From positions 9,376 to 73,375 of the forward strand of contig CAISZI010000005.1 of assembly GCA_903889905.1 (NCBI GenBank): a stretch of 64,000 bases of DNA, written 5' to 3'. Source of the stretch: Candidatus Wirthbacteria bacterium. GTDB taxonomy: Bacteria > Patescibacteriota > CG2-30-54-11. The notes beneath the pieces were generated by a model. That model was not told where the DNA came from. It did no database searches and saw only the letters and a list, made by a program, of their open reading frames with translations. The translations under genes were made by a program, and so were the position numbers. Position 1 is the stretch's first letter; each line of letters opens with the position of its first letter. Positions 24,383 to 37,944 of this stretch are shown in pieces.

Positions 24383-24945
24383 CACAAAACATCAGCCCAA
24401 CTGATCAACGTTGGTTTTTGGCGCTGGCGCGACGTGCCATCGAGTCCAAATTGCTGCGGCAAAAATTCAGTCTCGACCCCAATACAGTTCCACCCGTTGG
24501 ACGTGCCAAACTGGCGTCATTTGTGACGCTGACCAGACAAGGGGAACTCCGCGGCTGTATTGGACACTTGCTTCCTGTCCAGGTATTGTGGCGGGATATC
24601 GTCGATAACAGTTGTTCCGCCGCTTTCGACGACCCGCGTTTTCAAACGTTGGAAATGTCTGAGCTGAAGGCAATCCAGATTGAAATTTCTGTTTTGAGTC
24701 AGCCAGAGTCATTGCATTGGGGAAGTATTCAAGAATTATTAAAGACATTGCAGGGAACGCAACCGGGTGTCATTCTATCATCCGGACGACAGTCGGCTAC
24801 ATTTTTGCCACAGGTCTGGGGCGAGCTACCGGACGCCATCGATTTTTTGACGCATTTAGCAGATAAGGCAGGTATTGGTTTGCCGTTTGATCCGTCTCAA
24901 ATCAATCTTCAAACTTACCAGGTCACGGCATTTACTGAGCCTTAA
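24379..24945 (+). CDS. amrA: AmmeMemoRadiSam system protein A (AMMECR1 family)
   Basis: FVTL..GELRGCIG, AAFDDPRF, EISVLS, ATFLPQVW. Confidence 0.95.
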   Translation: MTQNISPTDQRWFLALARRAIESKLLRQKFSLDPNTVPPVGRAKLASFVTLTRQGELRGCIGHLLPVQVLWRDIVDNSCSAAFDDPRFQTLEMSELKAIQIEISVLSQPESLHWGSIQELLKTLQGTQPGVILSSGRQSATFLPQVWGELPDAIDFLTHLADKAGIGLPFDPSQINLQTYQVTAFTEP

Positions 24946-26653
24946 GACAGTCTTGTGGGGCTGGAATGGCTTTTTCAATCGTTGCAATAATGGCGTCAAA
25001 TGAAAAGTTGATACTACCCAGTACCGCCGTATTGAAATGGCTTTCACCAGCTAAGTGGAACCACGAGGGCTGAACTGGACTGGATTGGAAAATATCAGGC
25101 AGGGTTTTGAGCAAACTTTTTTTGGCACCCAGGGCAATGGCATAGGCCAGATGTTTTTCCCAATGCTCGGTAAGCGTTGCCGGCACTTCGTCAAAAGAGG
25201 CAAAATCGTTCAGGAAATGACGGTATGCTTGCAGCAAGCCAAGCATTTTACTTTTGTTCGGCAGACGTTTACGCAGCGCAGGGGTCAGGATCAGGGCGAT
25301 CAGAATCGTTGGCGAACCAAGCAAGATAAGTCCACCTGAGAGCAACCAGAGCCGCTGTTCACTGCGGCTGAATTCCATGTCAATAATGCGATGGGACGTT
25401 GCCGCAGACTTTACTTCGTCCTCGAAATGGTGATAAAGGGTTGTAAAAGTGGTCTGTTTGAAGTGAGTTGCAAGTTGATCCAGTGCGATTTTGTTGGCAT
25501 CCATCAGACCATCGGCGCTTTTGAACAAGAGCGCCAGCGTGGTTTTTTCAAAGTTGAGCAATTTATCGCTATGGTCAGCCAAATCCATGCGTTGCAGGTA
25601 AGTTTTGTACTTATGCGTTGAGCCCAGAATGCCGGAAGTGACTTGTTTCTCGATTTCCAGTTTGATGAAGCCGCGTCTGGCCAAATCAAAGATCGTCGCC
25701 GTGAGTGCATTGGGCGCGCAAAATAAGTCAGGTTCATAAAAGGCGCTGGTCAAAGCGGGGGACAGCATTTCGGGAGGTTGTTCGGCATAGGTCGGTGGCG
25801 AACGGAAATAATATTTTGACCGCAGTTTTAGCCGCAGTTGGAAATACAGCAGCAGCCAAACAATCAGCATGAGTGGCTGTGCAATGGCCAGGTAAATCAA
25901 GAGCAGTCGTGAAAGTTTGCTGTTATTTTCCTGCTGGGCTTTGGCGTTGGACTGATAGATGGTTTCAGTATGGATGAGGTCGGCTTTGACGCTTTTGTCG
26001 ATCAGCGCAGTATCGAGTAAATCACTGGGTAAAATGGTTTCGATATTGACTGCTGTTTTGGCTTGGAGTGCGCTGAGCGACAAATTCAGTGTTTGCGGGT
26101 CCGCAAGTGTTGACTGGATGTTGCTGGCTCTGGTATGGACGAACATTTCCCAGCTCCAGTCGCTGATTTGACGCGGCAGGTTGATCAGCACATGGAGATT
26201 GGCCTTGTCTGGCCAGGCACTGCTCACCAGTTCCAGGTCAGAAACCACGGCGTCACGGTAACGGAGGGCCGCATTGGTGACGTGATATGTCACGGTAAGC
26301 GCCGCAGAGCCAGCGGCAAAGGGCAGAAAACGGTAGTCAGCGTTTGGCAGCAACGGCGCGACAAAGGTTCCAGCTTGCATTTCCGTTTTGGCAGGAAACA
26401 GGGGATTGCCCAGAATCGCCAGCTGCACATCACTCAACACTTTGCCGTCCGCGACAGTCGGCAAATAATAGGTGTTGAAGCTGGACGTGTTGGCAAACTG
26501 ATAAGGCCGAGTTTCCACCACATCGACGCTGCCATCGATATTGAGGTTGACCTGAATTTCAACGGTGGCAGGCGAAGAGCTGGCTACAATCCGCGCGGGA
26601 AACAGCCAGAGCAGCAGGAAAGCTGGCAGCAGATACTTAAAAATTGGTTTCAT
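24932..26653 (-). CDS. DUF2207-family membrane protein
   Basis: Signal peptide, DGSVDVVE, ATIFDLARRGFI, WEKHLAYAIALG. Confidence 0.8.
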   Translation of the reverse strand: MKPIFKYLLPAFLLLWLFPARIVASSSPATVEIQVNLNIDGSVDVVETRPYQFANTSSFNTYYLPTVADGKVLSDVQLAILGNPLFPAKTEMQAGTFVAPLLPNADYRFLPFAAGSAALTVTYHVTNAALRYRDAVVSDLELVSSAWPDKANLHVLINLPRQISDWSWEMFVHTRASNIQSTLADPQTLNLSLSALQAKTAVNIETILPSDLLDTALIDKSVKADLIHTETIYQSNAKAQQENNSKLSRLLLIYLAIAQPLMLIVWLLLYFQLRLKLRSKYYFRSPPTYAEQPPEMLSPALTSAFYEPDLFCAPNALTATIFDLARRGFIKLEIEKQVTSGILGSTHKYKTYLQRMDLADHSDKLLNFEKTTLALLFKSADGLMDANKIALDQLATHFKQTTFTTLYHHFEDEVKSAATSHRIIDMEFSRSEQRLWLLSGGLILLGSPTILIALILTPALRKRLPNKSKMLGLLQAYRHFLNDFASFDEVPATLTEHWEKHLAYAIALGAKKSLLKTLPDIFQSSPVQPSWFHLAGESHFNTAVLGSINFSFDAIIATIEKAIPAPQDCLKAQ

Positions 26654-26731
26654 GCAAAGTCCTGATTAACTTCTGACATTATAGTGACCAAACCGTCCGT
26701 TGTCATCCTTTCGCGCGAAAGGGTGCTTTTC

Positions 26732-26759
26732 TTGACAAATTTTTGAAAATTGGTATATT
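26732..26759 (+). promoter_or_regulatory. rpoB promoter
   Basis: TTGACA-16 bp-TATATT with extended TG. Confidence 0.65.
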
Positions 26760-26860
26760 GTTAATGTTCAAGTGGGTCTGAGATTTCGTGCTCATGTTTT
26801 TATAACTCACTTTTGGGCGGGTCTTGCGCCAATCTTTTGCGAAATAGGAATTTGGGCAAA

Positions 26861-26904
26861 ACTGGAGGAAAGCAGTGCTTTTCTCTCCAGTCTTTTTGTG
26901 TTTT
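26861..26904 (+). terminator. Attenuator-like hairpin in the rpoB leader
   Basis: ACTGGAG-GAAAGC-AGT-GCTTTTC-T-CTCCAGT followed by a T-rich run. Confidence 0.6.
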
Positions 26905-26944
26905 CCAAAGCGAATACAATTAACCTACTTAAATAGGTAAGTGC

Positions 26945-29900
26945 ATGAAAGAGATTCCATCGAGTAAAACTGGGCGTGTCTTTTTCTCCAAGAATCCCGC
27001 TGCCATGGATTCACCCAGCCTGATTGAAATCCAACTGGATTCGTTCAACTGGTTCGTGAATGAAGGGTTGGCGGAATTATTTCAGGAAATTTCGCCGATC
27101 GAAGACTTTACCAGCAAAAATTACGAACTGCACTTTTTGAAACATTCCTTTGACCCTGCCAAAGTTTCGGTGGACGAAGCCAAAGAGCGCGGCCTTACTT
27201 ATGCCTGTCCGCTCAAACTCGATGTCCGCCTGGTCAATAAGCAGACCGGCGAGATCAAGGAACAGAACCTGTTCATGGGTGATATCCCCTGGATGACGGA
27301 ACGCGGTACCTTTGTCATCAACGGCGCAGAACGCGTCGTCGTCAGCCAGCTGATCCGTTCCCCGGGTATTTTCTTTTCGCTCAAGGAAGACCCCACGGTT
27401 GGCCGCATGCTGGCCTCGGCCAAAGTCATTCCCGATCGCGGCGCCTGGCTGGAATTTGAAACCAACCGTGGCGACGTGATCACCGTCAAAGTTGACCGCA
27501 AGCGTAAAATCATTGCCACCGCCTTGCTGCGTGCCATTGGTTTTGGCAAAAACGAGGAAATCCTGTCGCTGTTTGAAGATATTGATAATAATGCCGATCA
27601 CCAATTCATCCAATCCACTTTGGATAAGGATCCTTCCAGCAATTACGAAGAAGGTTTGATTGAAGTCTACCGCCGTTTGCGTCCTGGTGATCCTCCTACA
27701 GTAGAAGGTGCCAAACAATATCTCGACAATCTTTTCTTTAATTTCCGCCGCTATGACCTGGGCGATGTCGGTCGTTATAAAGTCGACCAGAAATTCAACC
27801 AGGAACTGCCAGTGGACGTCAAACACCGCGTGCTGCTTTCCAGTGACTTTATCAACATATTGCGCGAAATGGTGCAGATCAACAATGCCCAGCACAAAGC
27901 TGATGACATTGACCACCTCGGTAACCGCCGCGTTCGCCGCAATGGTGAATTGATCAAAAATCAGTTCCGCATCGGGCTGCTTCGCGTTGAACGTATCGTC
28001 AAGGAACGCATGAGCCTGATCGAACCCGAGAAAATCGCACCCAATTTGTTGATTAACGTCAAACCTGTGGTCGCGATCATGCGCGAGTTCTTTGGTTCCA
28101 GCCAACTTAGTCAGTTTATGGACCAGACCAACCCGCTCGCCGAACTCGCCCACAAACGACGCCTCTCAGCCATGGGACCAGGTGGACTGAGCCGCGAACG
28201 CGCGGGGTATGAGGTTCGTGACGTTCACCACAGCCATTACGGTCGTATCTGCCCAATTGAAACCCCCGAAGGCCCGAACATCGGCCTGATCGGTTCACTC
28301 GCCACCTATGCCAAAATCAATCGTTTTGGTTTTATTGAAACGCCTTACCGGCGTGTCGAGCGGTTTTTGGCCAATGATGGTAAAACCGCCATCGGCCGCA
28401 AAGCCGGTGAGGATCTGATTTTGCCAGGCACCAAAAAAGTGCTGGTCAAGAAAAGTGAAATCATTGACGAAGCGGCAGCCAAGAAACTGAAAGAACACGT
28501 CAAAGACGAGGGCTTTAAACAAGTGCGTGTCTTGCCCTTTATTTCCAAAGACGTTAAATATTTTGGCGCGCTTGAAGAAGAAAAACATATCATCGCACAG
28601 GCCAACATTCGGATCAATGAACTGGGTGAATTTGAAGACGAGATGGTGGAAGCCCGTAAAGGCAGCCAGTTTTTTGTCCATCCCGCGACCGGGATCGAAT
28701 TCATGGATGTGTCACCCAAGCAAATCGTTGGTATCACTTCAGCACTGATTCCCTTTTTGGAACACAACGATGCCAACCGTGCTCTGATGGGTGCCAACAT
28801 GCAACGCCAGGCTGTCCCATTGATCAAACCTCAGGCTCCGGCCGTGGGGACGGGCATGGAATTCAAAGCCGCCCTGGACTCCGGGCAGTTGTGCATCTGT
28901 GAAGCCGAAGGTGTCGTCATGGCAATCAAACACAGTGAAATACACGTCAAAGAAACCAAAAGTGGCAAAACCCGCGTTTATCAGATCGAGCGTTTCAAAC
29001 GTTCCAACCAGGGCACCTGTATCAATCAGCGCCTGCTGGTTTCGATTGGCGACAAGATCAAAAGCGGCCAACCCATGACCGACAGCTACACCACCCAGAA
29101 TGGCGAAATTGCCATGGGTCAGAACCTGCTCGTGGCGTTTATGCCTTGGGAAGGATACAACTTTGAAGACGCTATCGTGCTGAGTGAGAAATTGGTCCGG
29201 GATGATCGTTTTACTTCAGTCCACATCGAAAAGTTTGAAATTGAAGTCCGCGACACCAAACTTGGCGTCGAAGAAGTCACGCGTGACATCCCCAACGTTG
29301 GTGAAGAAAACCTGCGCAATCTCAATTCTGAAGGCATCATCCGCATTGGTGCCGAAGTTGGCCCAGGCGATATCCTGGTGGGAAAAATTACCCCCAAAGG
29401 TGAAACTGAACTCACCCCCGAGGAACGTCTGCTGCGAGCCATTTTTGGTGAAAAAATCCGCGAAGTCAAAGACACTTCGCTGCGTATTCCCCATGGTTAT
29501 CATGGCAAAGTCCTGGGAGTCAACGTACTGGACAAAAACGATGGTGATGAATTGGCACCGGGCGTGGTCAAAATTATCCACGTCTTTGTTGCCCAGTTGC
29601 GTCCGATCGTTGTCGGTGATAAACTCGCCGGTCGCCATGGCAATAAAGGCGTTATTTCCAAAATTTTGCCTCTTTCAGATTTGCCTCATTTGCAGGACGG
29701 AACCCCTGTTGATATCATTCTGACCCCCTTGGGAGTTCCTTCGCGTATGAACCTCGGGCAGGTATTCGAAACCCATTTGGGTTGGGTTGCACTGCAGAAA
29801 AAAATCCGCATTGCCTCGCCGGTTTTTGATGGTGTCAAAGAATCTCAGCTGGAAGAGTTGCTCAAAGAAGAAGGCATGCCCGTTGATGGCAAAACAACGC

Positions 29901-30529
29901 TGATCGACGGTCGTTCTGGAATGCCATTCAAGAATAAAGTGGTGGTCGGTTGTATCTACATGATGAAGCTGCATCACCTCGCTGAAGACAAGATTCACGC
30001 CCGTTCGGTTGGGCCCTATTCGTTGGTGACGCAACAGCCTTTGGGCGGTAAAGCTCAGTTTGGTGGTCAGCGCTTTGGTGAAATGGAAGTGTGGGCACTT
30101 GAGGCTTATGGTGCTGCCCACATGCTGCAGGAAATGCTGACCATCAAATCAGACGACGTGAGTGGTCGTATTCGCGCCTATGAAGCGATCATCAAGGGCG
30201 AAGAAATTGATAAAACTGGCGTTCCCGAATCCTTTGGCGTGCTGGTCAAGGAACTGCAGGGCATTGGCCTCAATATTGAACTCAAGAACCTGGCCACAGG
30301 CCAGCTCATTTCTCCTGATGAAGTGATTGAAGAAGCGTTGGAACAGGAACTCAACAAAGAAACCGGGTACCAGCTTGATGATCCGGCGTTACTTGCCATC
30401 CCACCTGTCGTGGTTATGCCTGGCGCTGACGATGACGGCGGCACGTTCAATGACATGGAACTGACGGAAGATGAAATGAAACTGGATGAGTTCGAAGTCG
30501 GAGATGATAGTGTGCCGGGGGACAATTAA
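26945..30529 (+). CDS. rpoB: RNA polymerase beta subunit
   Basis: [58 protein letters not shown]. Confidence 0.99.
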   Translation: MKEIPSSKTGRVFFSKNPAAMDSPSLIEIQLDSFNWFVNEGLAELFQEISPIEDFTSKNYELHFLKHSFDPAKVSVDEAKERGLTYACPLKLDVRLVNKQTGEIKEQNLFMGDIPWMTERGTFVINGAERVVVSQLIRSPGIFFSLKEDPTVGRMLASAKVIPDRGAWLEFETNRGDVITVKVDRKRKIIATALLRAIGFGKNEEILSLFEDIDNNADHQFIQSTLDKDPSSNYEEGLIEVYRRLRPGDPPTVEGAKQYLDNLFFNFRRYDLGDVGRYKVDQKFNQELPVDVKHRVLLSSDFINILREMVQINNAQHKADDIDHLGNRRVRRNGELIKNQFRIGLLRVERIVKERMSLIEPEKIAPNLLINVKPVVAIMREFFGSSQLSQFMDQTNPLAELAHKRRLSAMGPGGLSRERAGYEVRDVHHSHYGRICPIETPEGPNIGLIGSLATYAKINRFGFIETPYRRVERFLANDGKTAIGRKAGEDLILPGTKKVLVKKSEIIDEAAAKKLKEHVKDEGFKQVRVLPFISKDVKYFGALEEEKHIIAQANIRINELGEFEDEMVEARKGSQFFVHPATGIEFMDVSPKQIVGITSALIPFLEHNDANRALMGANMQRQAVPLIKPQAPAVGTGMEFKAALDSGQLCICEAEGVVMAIKHSEIHVKETKSGKTRVYQIERFKRSNQGTCINQRLLVSIGDKIKSGQPMTDSYTTQNGEIAMGQNLLVAFMPWEGYNFEDAIVLSEKLVRDDRFTSVHIEKFEIEVRDTKLGVEEVTRDIPNVGEENLRNLNSEGIIRIGAEVGPGDILVGKITPKGETELTPEERLLRAIFGEKIREVKDTSLRIPHGYHGKVLGVNVLDKNDGDELAPGVVKIIHVFVAQLRPIVVGDKLAGRHGNKGVISKILPLSDLPHLQDGTPVDIILTPLGVPSRMNLGQVFETHLGWVALQKKIRIASPVFDGVKESQLEELLKEEGMPVDGKTTLIDGRSGMPFKNKVVVGCIYMMKLHHLAEDKIHARSVGPYSLVTQQPLGGKAQFGGQRFGEMEVWALEAYGAAHMLQEMLTIKSDDVSGRIRAYEAIIKGEEIDKTGVPESFGVLVKELQGIGLNIELKNLATGQLISPDEVIEEALEQELNKETGYQLDDPALLAIPPVVVMPGADDDGGTFNDMELTEDEMKLDEFEVGDDSVPGDN

Positions 30530-30560
30530 CTAACTTCGCTTACCTCAGGAGGACAATAAA

Positions 30561-33500
30561 TTGATTACCAACACTGATTTTGATGCCATCCGTATCTCGC
30601 TCGCGAGTCCCGATATGATCCGCGAATGGTCCTATGGCGAAGTCACCAAGCCCGAAACGATCAATTACCGCACCCAAAAACCCGAACGCGGGGGACTGTT
30701 CTGCGAAAAAATCTTCGGCCCGGTCAAGGACTGGGAATGTTCCTGCGGAAAATACAAGAAAGTCCGTTACAAAGGTATCATCTGCGACAAATGCGGTGTG
30801 GAAGTGACGCGTGCCATTGTTCGTCGCGAACGTATGGGCCACATTGAACTTGCCTCTCCGGTGGTACACGTCTGGTTTGTCCGTGGAACGCCCAATTATT
30901 TGGCTTTGTTACTCGATGTGACGCCGCGCAAGCTGGAAAAAGTCATCTACTACGCCCAGTACATGGTGACCGCCATCAACGAACAAAAGCGCAAAAAAGA
31001 ACTTGAAAACCTTGATCAGGAAGCGGCGAAAGTGCATGAAGTAGTCGTCGCCGGCCTGGTAGAACTGCAAAAAAACGTTGATGTCGAATTTGCAGCTGAA
31101 CTGGAGAAACTCGATGCCACGCTTGAGGCGCGCCTCGCAGAGCCCGACCTTGCTGCCAGTGACAAGAAAGCCATCACCTCTGAAATCAACAGCAAACGCC
31201 AGGAATTGGAACGGGCTTATCAGCAGCGTTCCAAAAAAATGAAACGTGAAGCTGACAAGGACGAAAAAGAAAAAACCCGTGACATCAATGCCGAAAAGGC
31301 CAAAGTTGAAAGCCTGCAGATCCTCAGCACTTTCAGCGAACTGCAGTATTATCAGATGAAAGAAGACTTTGGCGAATTGTTTGATGCCCATATGGGCGCC
31401 GAAGCTGTGCTGAAGGTGATCGACAAAATTGACCTGCGGGAAGCCCAGAAAGAACTGCGTTCTTCGATGAAAACGACCGGCAGCAAACAAAAGAAGAAAA
31501 AAGCCGTCAAACGTCTGCGCATCATTGACGCCGTGCTGGTGTCTGGCAACGAGCCTTCGTGGATGATCATGAAGTCTTTGCCTGTGATCCCACCCGATCT
31601 GCGCCCCATGGTGCAACTCGATGGCGGCCGCTTTGCCGCTTCCGACCTGAACGACCTTTATCGCCGTGTCATTAACCGTAACAACCGACTCAAAAGACTG
31701 ATGGAACTTGGTGCTCCTGAAGTCATCATGCGCAACGAAAAACGCATGCTCCAGGAAGCTGTCGATGCCCTGATTGACAACAGTTCTCATGGCGAACGCG
31801 TCATCAGCCGCCGCAACCGTAAACTCAAATCCCTCAGCGACATCCTCAAAGGCAAACAAGGCCGTTTCCGCCAGAACCTGCTGGGCAAACGTGTCGATTA
31901 TTCCGGCCGTTCCGTTATCGTGGTTGGCCCATCGCTCCGACTCCATCAATGCGGCCTGCCCAAGAAAATGGCATTGGAGCTTTTCCGCCCCTTTATCCTG
32001 CGTGAACTGCTGGCCCGTGACTTTGTCCACACCATTAAAGCGGCAAACCGCATGATCGAACGTATGCAGCCAGAAGTCTGGGATGTCTTGGACGACATTA
32101 TCAAAGGCTACCCAGTGCTCCTGAACCGTGCGCCTACTTTGCACCGTCTGGGTATCCAGGCCTTCTTCCCAGTGCTGGTCGAAGGTGATGCCATTCAACT
32201 GCATCCACTTGTTTGTACTGCCTTTAACGCTGACTTCGATGGTGACCAGATGGCAGTCCATGTGCCGCTTAGCGCCGCCGCCAAATCTGAAGCCGAACGC
32301 CTGATGCTCTCTGCCCACAACTTGCTTCTACCTGCGAGTGGGAAAGCCGCTGTCGGCCCAACACGTGATATGCTGCTGGGTTGCTATTACATGACATTGA
32401 TCCTCGAGGGTGCCAATGGCACTGGTAAGTACTTCTCCTCACCCGAAGATTCCGTCATGGCGCAGGACATTGAAGCGATTGAACTGAATGCATTGGTTAA
32501 AATCCGCTTTGCCGTCGGGGAAAAGCCTGTTGAGACTTCTGTTGGCCGTATCCTCTTCAATCGTATTGTTCCCGTTGAATTCGGTTACCAAAACGATGTC
32601 ATGAACAAAAAAGCCTTGGGTAAATTGATTGAACGCTGCTATGAACAACTCGGCATTGCTCGTACCGCCAAACTTGTGGATGATATCAAGGATATCGGTT
32701 TTCACTACGCCACCGTTGCAGCAGCCACCATTTCCGTCAACGACATCCACATTCCCAAAGACAAAGCCGCCATCCTGGTCCAGGCTGACAAAAAAGCCGA
32801 GCTGATCAAAGATCAGTACGAAAATGGTCTGATCACCGAATCCGAATCCCGTGAACACACTGTCAACCTCTGGATCCGCACCACCGATGAAATTACCGAA
32901 GCCATGATGAAGCAAATGGATCCCACCAGTTCACTTTCGATGATGATCAATTCCGGCGCCAGAGGTAATATCGAACAAATGCGTCAGATGGCTGGCATGC
33001 GCGGACTGATGGCCGACCCTTCTGGCCGTATCATCGAACTCCCGATCAAATCCAACTTCAAAGAAGGTTTGACCGTTCTTGAATATTTCATCTCCACCCA
33101 CGGTGCCCGTAAAGGTCGTGCCGATACTGCACTGCGCACAGCTGACTCCGGTTACCTGACACGCCGCATGGTGGACGTGGCCCAAAACGTCATCATCTAC
33201 CAGGAAGACTGCGGTACCCCCAATAGTCTTGACGTCATCATCAAACACGATTCCAGCGGCAAAGACCCATTTATGGAAAAAGTCGTTGGACGAATGGCCG
33301 GAGATCGCGTGGTTGATCCTGGAAGTGGGGAAGTGATCGTTAAGCGCAATGAAGAAATTACAGAACCCCTTGCGACACGTATTTTTAAGTCAACGATAGA
33401 GAAAATTCAGGTGCGTTCGGTGCTGCATTGCCGTTCCCACTTTGGTCTGTGTAAAATGTGCTACGGACGCGACCTGGGGCGTGGACAGCCTGTCGAAATT

Positions 33501-34493
33501 GGCGAACCAGTAGGGATTGTGGCTGCTCAGGCTATTGGTGAACCTGGCACACAGCTGACGATGCGTACCTTCCATGCTGGTGGTGTCGCCGGTGGACTGG
33601 ATATCACCCAAGGTCTGCCACGTGTCGAAGAACTTTTTGAAGCCCGCACTCCTAAAGGTGAAGCACCGATTGCCGAAATTGGTGGCGTCGCCGAAGTCCG
33701 TTACGATGGCAATTTACGTAAAATTGATGTCACCGCCGTGGATTTTGCGCAGGAAGACTATCCGATTGAAGAAGGTGTCGAAGCCGTTGTTCAGGACAAG
33801 GACCAGGTTAAAGTCAAAGACGCCATCCTCAAAAAGGGCAACAAGAAAATCTTTGCCAAAATTGCCGGCCGTGTCAAATTGACCAAAAAACATATCACCA
33901 TCGTGGCTGAAGAAAAAGACGTCCGCACTTACATCATTGCGCGCAATGCTCGTCTCAAGATCGAAAGCGGTCAGCTCGTGCATGCCGGTCAGCAACTGAT
34001 CGAAGGCTCCATCAACCTCAAACAACTCCTGGAGGTTTGCGACGTCGAAGCCACCCAGAACTATCTGGTCGAAGAAGTCCAGAAAATCTACCGTTCCCAG
34101 GGTGTGAGCACCAACGACAAACATATCGAAATCATCGTCCGCCGCATGCTTTCCCGCGTCAAAGTGATTGAAGCAGGAGACAGTGATTTCCTGCCCGGAG
34201 ACCTCGTCAACCGCTTCAAATACGACAAAATCCGTGCCGACATCATGGCCAAAAACGGCCGTCCACCGATTGCCAAAGCCGTTATCCTGGGTATCACCAA
34301 AGCTGCCCTCAATTCCGGTTCTTTCCTCTCAGCCGCATCTTTCCAGGAAACCATCCGCGTACTGACCAAAGCCTCCCTCTATGGCATGGAAGATCGCCTG
34401 GTTGGACTCAAGGAAAACCTGATCATCGGTAAATTGATTCCCGCCGGTCCATACTCCCGTGGCAGCCTTGAAGTCAAAACGACTGCCCTTTAG
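30561..34493 (+). CDS. rpoC: RNA polymerase beta' subunit (TTG start)
   Basis: [42 protein letters not shown]. Confidence 0.99.
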   Translation: MITNTDFDAIRISLASPDMIREWSYGEVTKPETINYRTQKPERGGLFCEKIFGPVKDWECSCGKYKKVRYKGIICDKCGVEVTRAIVRRERMGHIELASPVVHVWFVRGTPNYLALLLDVTPRKLEKVIYYAQYMVTAINEQKRKKELENLDQEAAKVHEVVVAGLVELQKNVDVEFAAELEKLDATLEARLAEPDLAASDKKAITSEINSKRQELERAYQQRSKKMKREADKDEKEKTRDINAEKAKVESLQILSTFSELQYYQMKEDFGELFDAHMGAEAVLKVIDKIDLREAQKELRSSMKTTGSKQKKKKAVKRLRIIDAVLVSGNEPSWMIMKSLPVIPPDLRPMVQLDGGRFAASDLNDLYRRVINRNNRLKRLMELGAPEVIMRNEKRMLQEAVDALIDNSSHGERVISRRNRKLKSLSDILKGKQGRFRQNLLGKRVDYSGRSVIVVGPSLRLHQCGLPKKMALELFRPFILRELLARDFVHTIKAANRMIERMQPEVWDVLDDIIKGYPVLLNRAPTLHRLGIQAFFPVLVEGDAIQLHPLVCTAFNADFDGDQMAVHVPLSAAAKSEAERLMLSAHNLLLPASGKAAVGPTRDMLLGCYYMTLILEGANGTGKYFSSPEDSVMAQDIEAIELNALVKIRFAVGEKPVETSVGRILFNRIVPVEFGYQNDVMNKKALGKLIERCYEQLGIARTAKLVDDIKDIGFHYATVAAATISVNDIHIPKDKAAILVQADKKAELIKDQYENGLITESESREHTVNLWIRTTDEITEAMMKQMDPTSSLSMMINSGARGNIEQMRQMAGMRGLMADPSGRIIELPIKSNFKEGLTVLEYFISTHGARKGRADTALRTADSGYLTRRMVDVAQNVIIYQEDCGTPNSLDVIIKHDSSGKDPFMEKVVGRMAGDRVVDPGSGEVIVKRNEEITEPLATRIFKSTIEKIQVRSVLHCRSHFGLCKMCYGRDLGRGQPVEIGEPVGIVAAQAIGEPGTQLTMRTFHAGGVAGGLDITQGLPRVEELFEARTPKGEAPIAEIGGVAEVRYDGNLRKIDVTAVDFAQEDYPIEEGVEAVVQDKDQVKVKDAILKKGNKKIFAKIAGRVKLTKKHITIVAEEKDVRTYIIARNARLKIESGQLVHAGQQLIEGSINLKQLLEVCDVEATQNYLVEEVQKIYRSQGVSTNDKHIEIIVRRMLSRVKVIEAGDSDFLPGDLVNRFKYDKIRADIMAKNGRPPIAKAVILGITKAALNSGSFLSAASFQETIRVLTKASLYGMEDRLVGLKENLIIGKLIPAGPYSRGSLEVKTTAL

Positions 34494-34526
34494 TTTACCC
34501 AGATAGTGAGATTATTGGCCAAAAGA

Positions 34527-34556
34527 TTGACAGTTTTCGCTATCTGATGTTATAGT
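34527..34556 (+). promoter_or_regulatory. rpsL (str operon) promoter
   Basis: TTGACA-18 bp-TATAGT with extended TG. Confidence 0.65.
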
Positions 34557-34586
34557 TTCCGACGTTGCATTATTGGAGGAAAATCA

Positions 34587-35000
34587 TTGCCTACTATCAG
34601 CCAACTTATCAAAAAACCACGCCGCAAACCAGCCAAAAAAGACCGTACGCCGGCCCTGGCTTCGATCCTGACCAAAGATCAGCGCCCCAGCCCACTGGAA
34701 TCGCCATTCAAACGAGGCGTTTGCACCCAGGTCAAGATCATGACCCCCAAAAAGCCAAACTCGGCCCTGCGTAAAATTGCCCGTGTCCGCCTGAGCAATG
34801 GCATGGAAGTGACTGCCTATATTCCCGGTGAAGGCCACAACCTTCAGGAACACTCCATTGTTATGATCCGCGGCGGTAAAGTCCGTGATTTGCCCGGTGT
34901 TCGTTATCATATCGTCCGTGGCATTCTCGATACAGATGGTGTCAAAGACCGCAAACAAGGTCGATCCCGTTATGGTGCTAAAGCACCCTCCAAGAGTTAA
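34587..35000 (+). CDS. rpsL: 30S ribosomal protein uS12 (TTG start)
   Basis: [25 protein letters not shown]. Confidence 0.99.
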   Translation: MPTISQLIKKPRRKPAKKDRTPALASILTKDQRPSPLESPFKRGVCTQVKIMTPKKPNSALRKIARVRLSNGMEVTAYIPGEGHNLQEHSIVMIRGGKVRDLPGVRYHIVRGILDTDGVKDRKQGRSRYGAKAPSKS

Positions 35001-35020
35001 TTAGTTTAAATAGGTCAACA

Positions 35021-35494
35021 ATGCCCAGAAGAACGAAAAATTTCCTGGTTCGCGATTTTCTTGATCCTCGCTTCAAAAACGCGGATATCGGCAAACTGGT
35101 CAACAAGCTAATGATCAGTGGCAAAAAAGAAATGGCCCTCAGTGCCATTTATGATGCCCTTGATATGGCTGCCGAAAAGCTCAAAAAAGAACCCATTGAT
35201 ATCTTCAACACCATGCTCGAAAATATCATGCCTGTAGTCGAAGTCAAAGCACGTCGGATTGGTGGTGCGAATTATCAGGTTCCGACCGAAATCAAACCGC
35301 GCCGTCGCCTTTCCTTGGCCTACAAGTGGCTGATTACGATTTCCCGCGCCCGCCCTGGCAAACCTATGGCCGAGAAACTGGCGCTCGAGATTATTGACGC
35401 CTATAACAACACTGGATCCGTGGTCAAGAAAAAAGAAGAAACGCACAAAATGGCCGACGCCAACAAGGCACTCGCTCACTTTAGCAAATTTTAA
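35021..35494 (+). CDS. rpsG: 30S ribosomal protein uS7
   Basis: [25 protein letters not shown]. Confidence 0.98.
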   Translation: MPRRTKNFLVRDFLDPRFKNADIGKLVNKLMISGKKEMALSAIYDALDMAAEKLKKEPIDIFNTMLENIMPVVEVKARRIGGANYQVPTEIKPRRRLSLAYKWLITISRARPGKPMAEKLALEIIDAYNNTGSVVKKKEETHKMADANKALAHFSKF

Positions 35495-35511
35495 GCCAAA
35501 GGCCCTGCTTT

Positions 35512-37593
35512 ATGGATAAACACTACGCCCTGGACAAAGTCCGTAATATCGGCATTATCGCCCATATCGATGCGGGTAAAACTACAACCTCGGAACGGGT
35601 ACTTTTCTACACGGGTAAAACCTATAAAATCGGTGAAGTGCACGATGGCGCCGCGGTTATGGACTGGATGGAACAGGAACGTGAACGCGGCATTACAATC
35701 ACCTCCGCTGCCACCACCTGTTTCTGGCAGGATTGTCGTATCAATCTGATCGACACCCCCGGACATGTTGACTTTACTGCTGAAGTGGAACGCAGCCTGC
35801 GTGTCCTTGATGGTGGGGTAGTGGTCTTTGATGGTGTTTCCGGTGTTGAACCTCAGTCCGAGACTGTCTGGCATCAGGCTACCAAGTATCATGTACCCCG
35901 TATTTGCTTCATCAACAAGATGGACCGTATGGGCGCCAATTTCTATGCCGACGTCGACCAGATCAAAGAACGCCTGGGTGCCAATGCTATCTGCCTGCAA
36001 CTGCCAATTGGTGCGGAAGACAACTTCAAAGGCATGATTGATCTGATCAAAATGAAAGCCATGGTCTACGAAGACGACATGGGTAAAGTAATCAACGAAG
36101 TCGAGATTCCAGCTGACATGGTTGATAAATCCAAAAAACATCGTGAAATCATGCTCGAAGCCGCAGCTGAGCAAGAAGATTCCTTGATGGAAAAATACCT
36201 CAGCGGCGCTGAACTCACAATTGAAGAAATTCATCGTGGCCTGCGCAAAGGTACCATTGCCAACCTGATTGTTCCCGTTCTTTGTGGTTCCTCGCTCAAA
36301 AACAAAGGCGTGCAACAACTTCTGGATGCCGTTGTTTTGTATTTGCCTTCACCTGTTGATGTGCCCCCAGTGGTTGCACACAATATCAAAACGGGCGAAC
36401 CCGTTGAACGTGATGCCAATGATAATGCACCTTTCTCGGCTCTGGCGTTCAAAATTTTTACTGACCCTTTTGTTGGCAAATTGACCTATATCCGTATTTA
36501 TTCCGGCAAATTGACCTCTGGTTCTTATGTTTACAACGCCACCAAGGACGAACGCGAGCGTGTCAGCCGCATGGTGTTAATGCATGCCAACCACCGCGAG
36601 GAAATCGCCGAAATGGGTGCTGGTAACATCTGCGCGCTCGTGGGCCTCAAACAAACCCGCACTGGCGACACCCTCTGTGACGACAAAAATCCCTGCCTGC
36701 TCGAAAATATCGTTTTCCCCGTTCCGGTCATTGATCTCGCAGTTGAACCTAAAACCAAAGCTGACCAGGAAAAAATGGCCATTGGTTTGCAGAAATTGGC
36801 TGAAGAAGATCCTACCTTCAAAGTCAAAACTGACCATGACACTGGGCAGACAATTCTCTCTGGTATGGGGGAACTTCATCTCGATATCCTGATCGACCGC
36901 ATGCGCCGTGAATTCAAAGTGGAAGCCAATGTCGGCAAACCACAAGTCGCCTACAAAGAAGCTTTCCGCAAATCCGCGATGGACGTCGAAGGCAAATTCA
37001 TCAAGCAGTCTGGTGGTAAAGGCCAGTACGGACACGTGGTCATCAACCTCGAACCGCTCGAAGGCCACAAGGGCTTTGAATTTGTCAACAAAATCGTTGG
37101 TGGTATAATTCCCCGTGAATTTATCCCGGGTATTGAAAAAGGCTGCCGTGAGGCCGCCGCCACTGGTGTTGTTGCTGGCTATCCTCTCGAAGGCGCCAAA
37201 GTTACTTTGTTCGATGGTTCCTTTCATGATGTTGACTCCTCCGAAGTTGCCTTCCAGATTGCTGGTTCCATGGCTTTCAAAGAAGCGGTCCGCCGTGCCG
37301 ACCCCTGCCTGCTGGAACCGATCATGAAAGTGGAAGTTGTCACACCCGAAGATTTCCTGGGCGATGTCATTGGCGACCTCAACAGCCGTCGTGGCCAGGT
37401 CATGGGTACTGACACGCGTGGAACCATGCAGGTTATTCGTGGCAATGTGCCCTTAAGCGAAATGTTTGGCTATGCCACTCAACTTCGTTCCATGAGCCAG
37501 GGACGTGCTTCCTTTACCATGGAATTTGATCGTTACGAAGAATTGCCTTCTCATATTTCAACCGAAATCATTGCCAAACGTAAGGTTAATTAA
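35512..37593 (+). CDS. fusA: Elongation factor G
   Basis: [41 protein letters not shown]. Confidence 0.99.
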   Translation: MDKHYALDKVRNIGIIAHIDAGKTTTSERVLFYTGKTYKIGEVHDGAAVMDWMEQERERGITITSAATTCFWQDCRINLIDTPGHVDFTAEVERSLRVLDGGVVVFDGVSGVEPQSETVWHQATKYHVPRICFINKMDRMGANFYADVDQIKERLGANAICLQLPIGAEDNFKGMIDLIKMKAMVYEDDMGKVINEVEIPADMVDKSKKHREIMLEAAAEQEDSLMEKYLSGAELTIEEIHRGLRKGTIANLIVPVLCGSSLKNKGVQQLLDAVVLYLPSPVDVPPVVAHNIKTGEPVERDANDNAPFSALAFKIFTDPFVGKLTYIRIYSGKLTSGSYVYNATKDERERVSRMVLMHANHREEIAEMGAGNICALVGLKQTRTGDTLCDDKNPCLLENIVFPVPVIDLAVEPKTKADQEKMAIGLQKLAEEDPTFKVKTDHDTGQTILSGMGELHLDILIDRMRREFKVEANVGKPQVAYKEAFRKSAMDVEGKFIKQSGGKGQYGHVVINLEPLEGHKGFEFVNKIVGGIIPREFIPGIEKGCREAAATGVVAGYPLEGAKVTLFDGSFHDVDSSEVAFQIAGSMAFKEAVRRADPCLLEPIMKVEVVTPEDFLGDVIGDLNSRRGQVMGTDTRGTMQVIRGNVPLSEMFGYATQLRSMSQGRASFTMEFDRYEELPSHISTEIIAKRKVN

Positions 37594-37608
37594 GGAGTTT
37601 GAAGCTTA

Positions 37609-37932
37609 ATGGCTAAAAAACAGGAATCCAAACAGCGTATCCGTATCCGTCTCAAAGCGTTTGATCATCGTGTTATTGATCAAAGTGCCATGCAGATTGT
37701 CGAGACTGCTCAACGTACCGGCGCCGTAGTAGCCGGCCCCGTGCCACTGCCTACCAAGATTGCCAAATTCATTGTACAACGGGGAACTTTTGTTGATAAA
37801 GACAGCCGTGAACAATATGAAATGCGGACCCACAAACGCCTGATCGATATCTACGATCCCACGCCTCAGACGATTGATGCTTTGATGCATTTATCGCTGC
37901 CCGCAGGGGTTGGTATTGAGATCAAAATGTAG
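37609..37932 (+). CDS. rpsJ: 30S ribosomal protein uS10
   Basis: [30 protein letters not shown]. Confidence 0.98.
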   Translation: MAKKQESKQRIRIRLKAFDHRVIDQSAMQIVETAQRTGAVVAGPVPLPTKIAKFIVQRGTFVDKDSREQYEMRTHKRLIDIYDPTPQTIDALMHLSLPAGVGIEIKM

Positions 37933-37944
37933 TTGAATTAGCCC

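Noticed and set aside
30980-31330. Long charged coiled-coil insert in RpoC
   Set aside because: Lineage-specific beta' insertions at this position are well known; not evidence of an intein or a new system.
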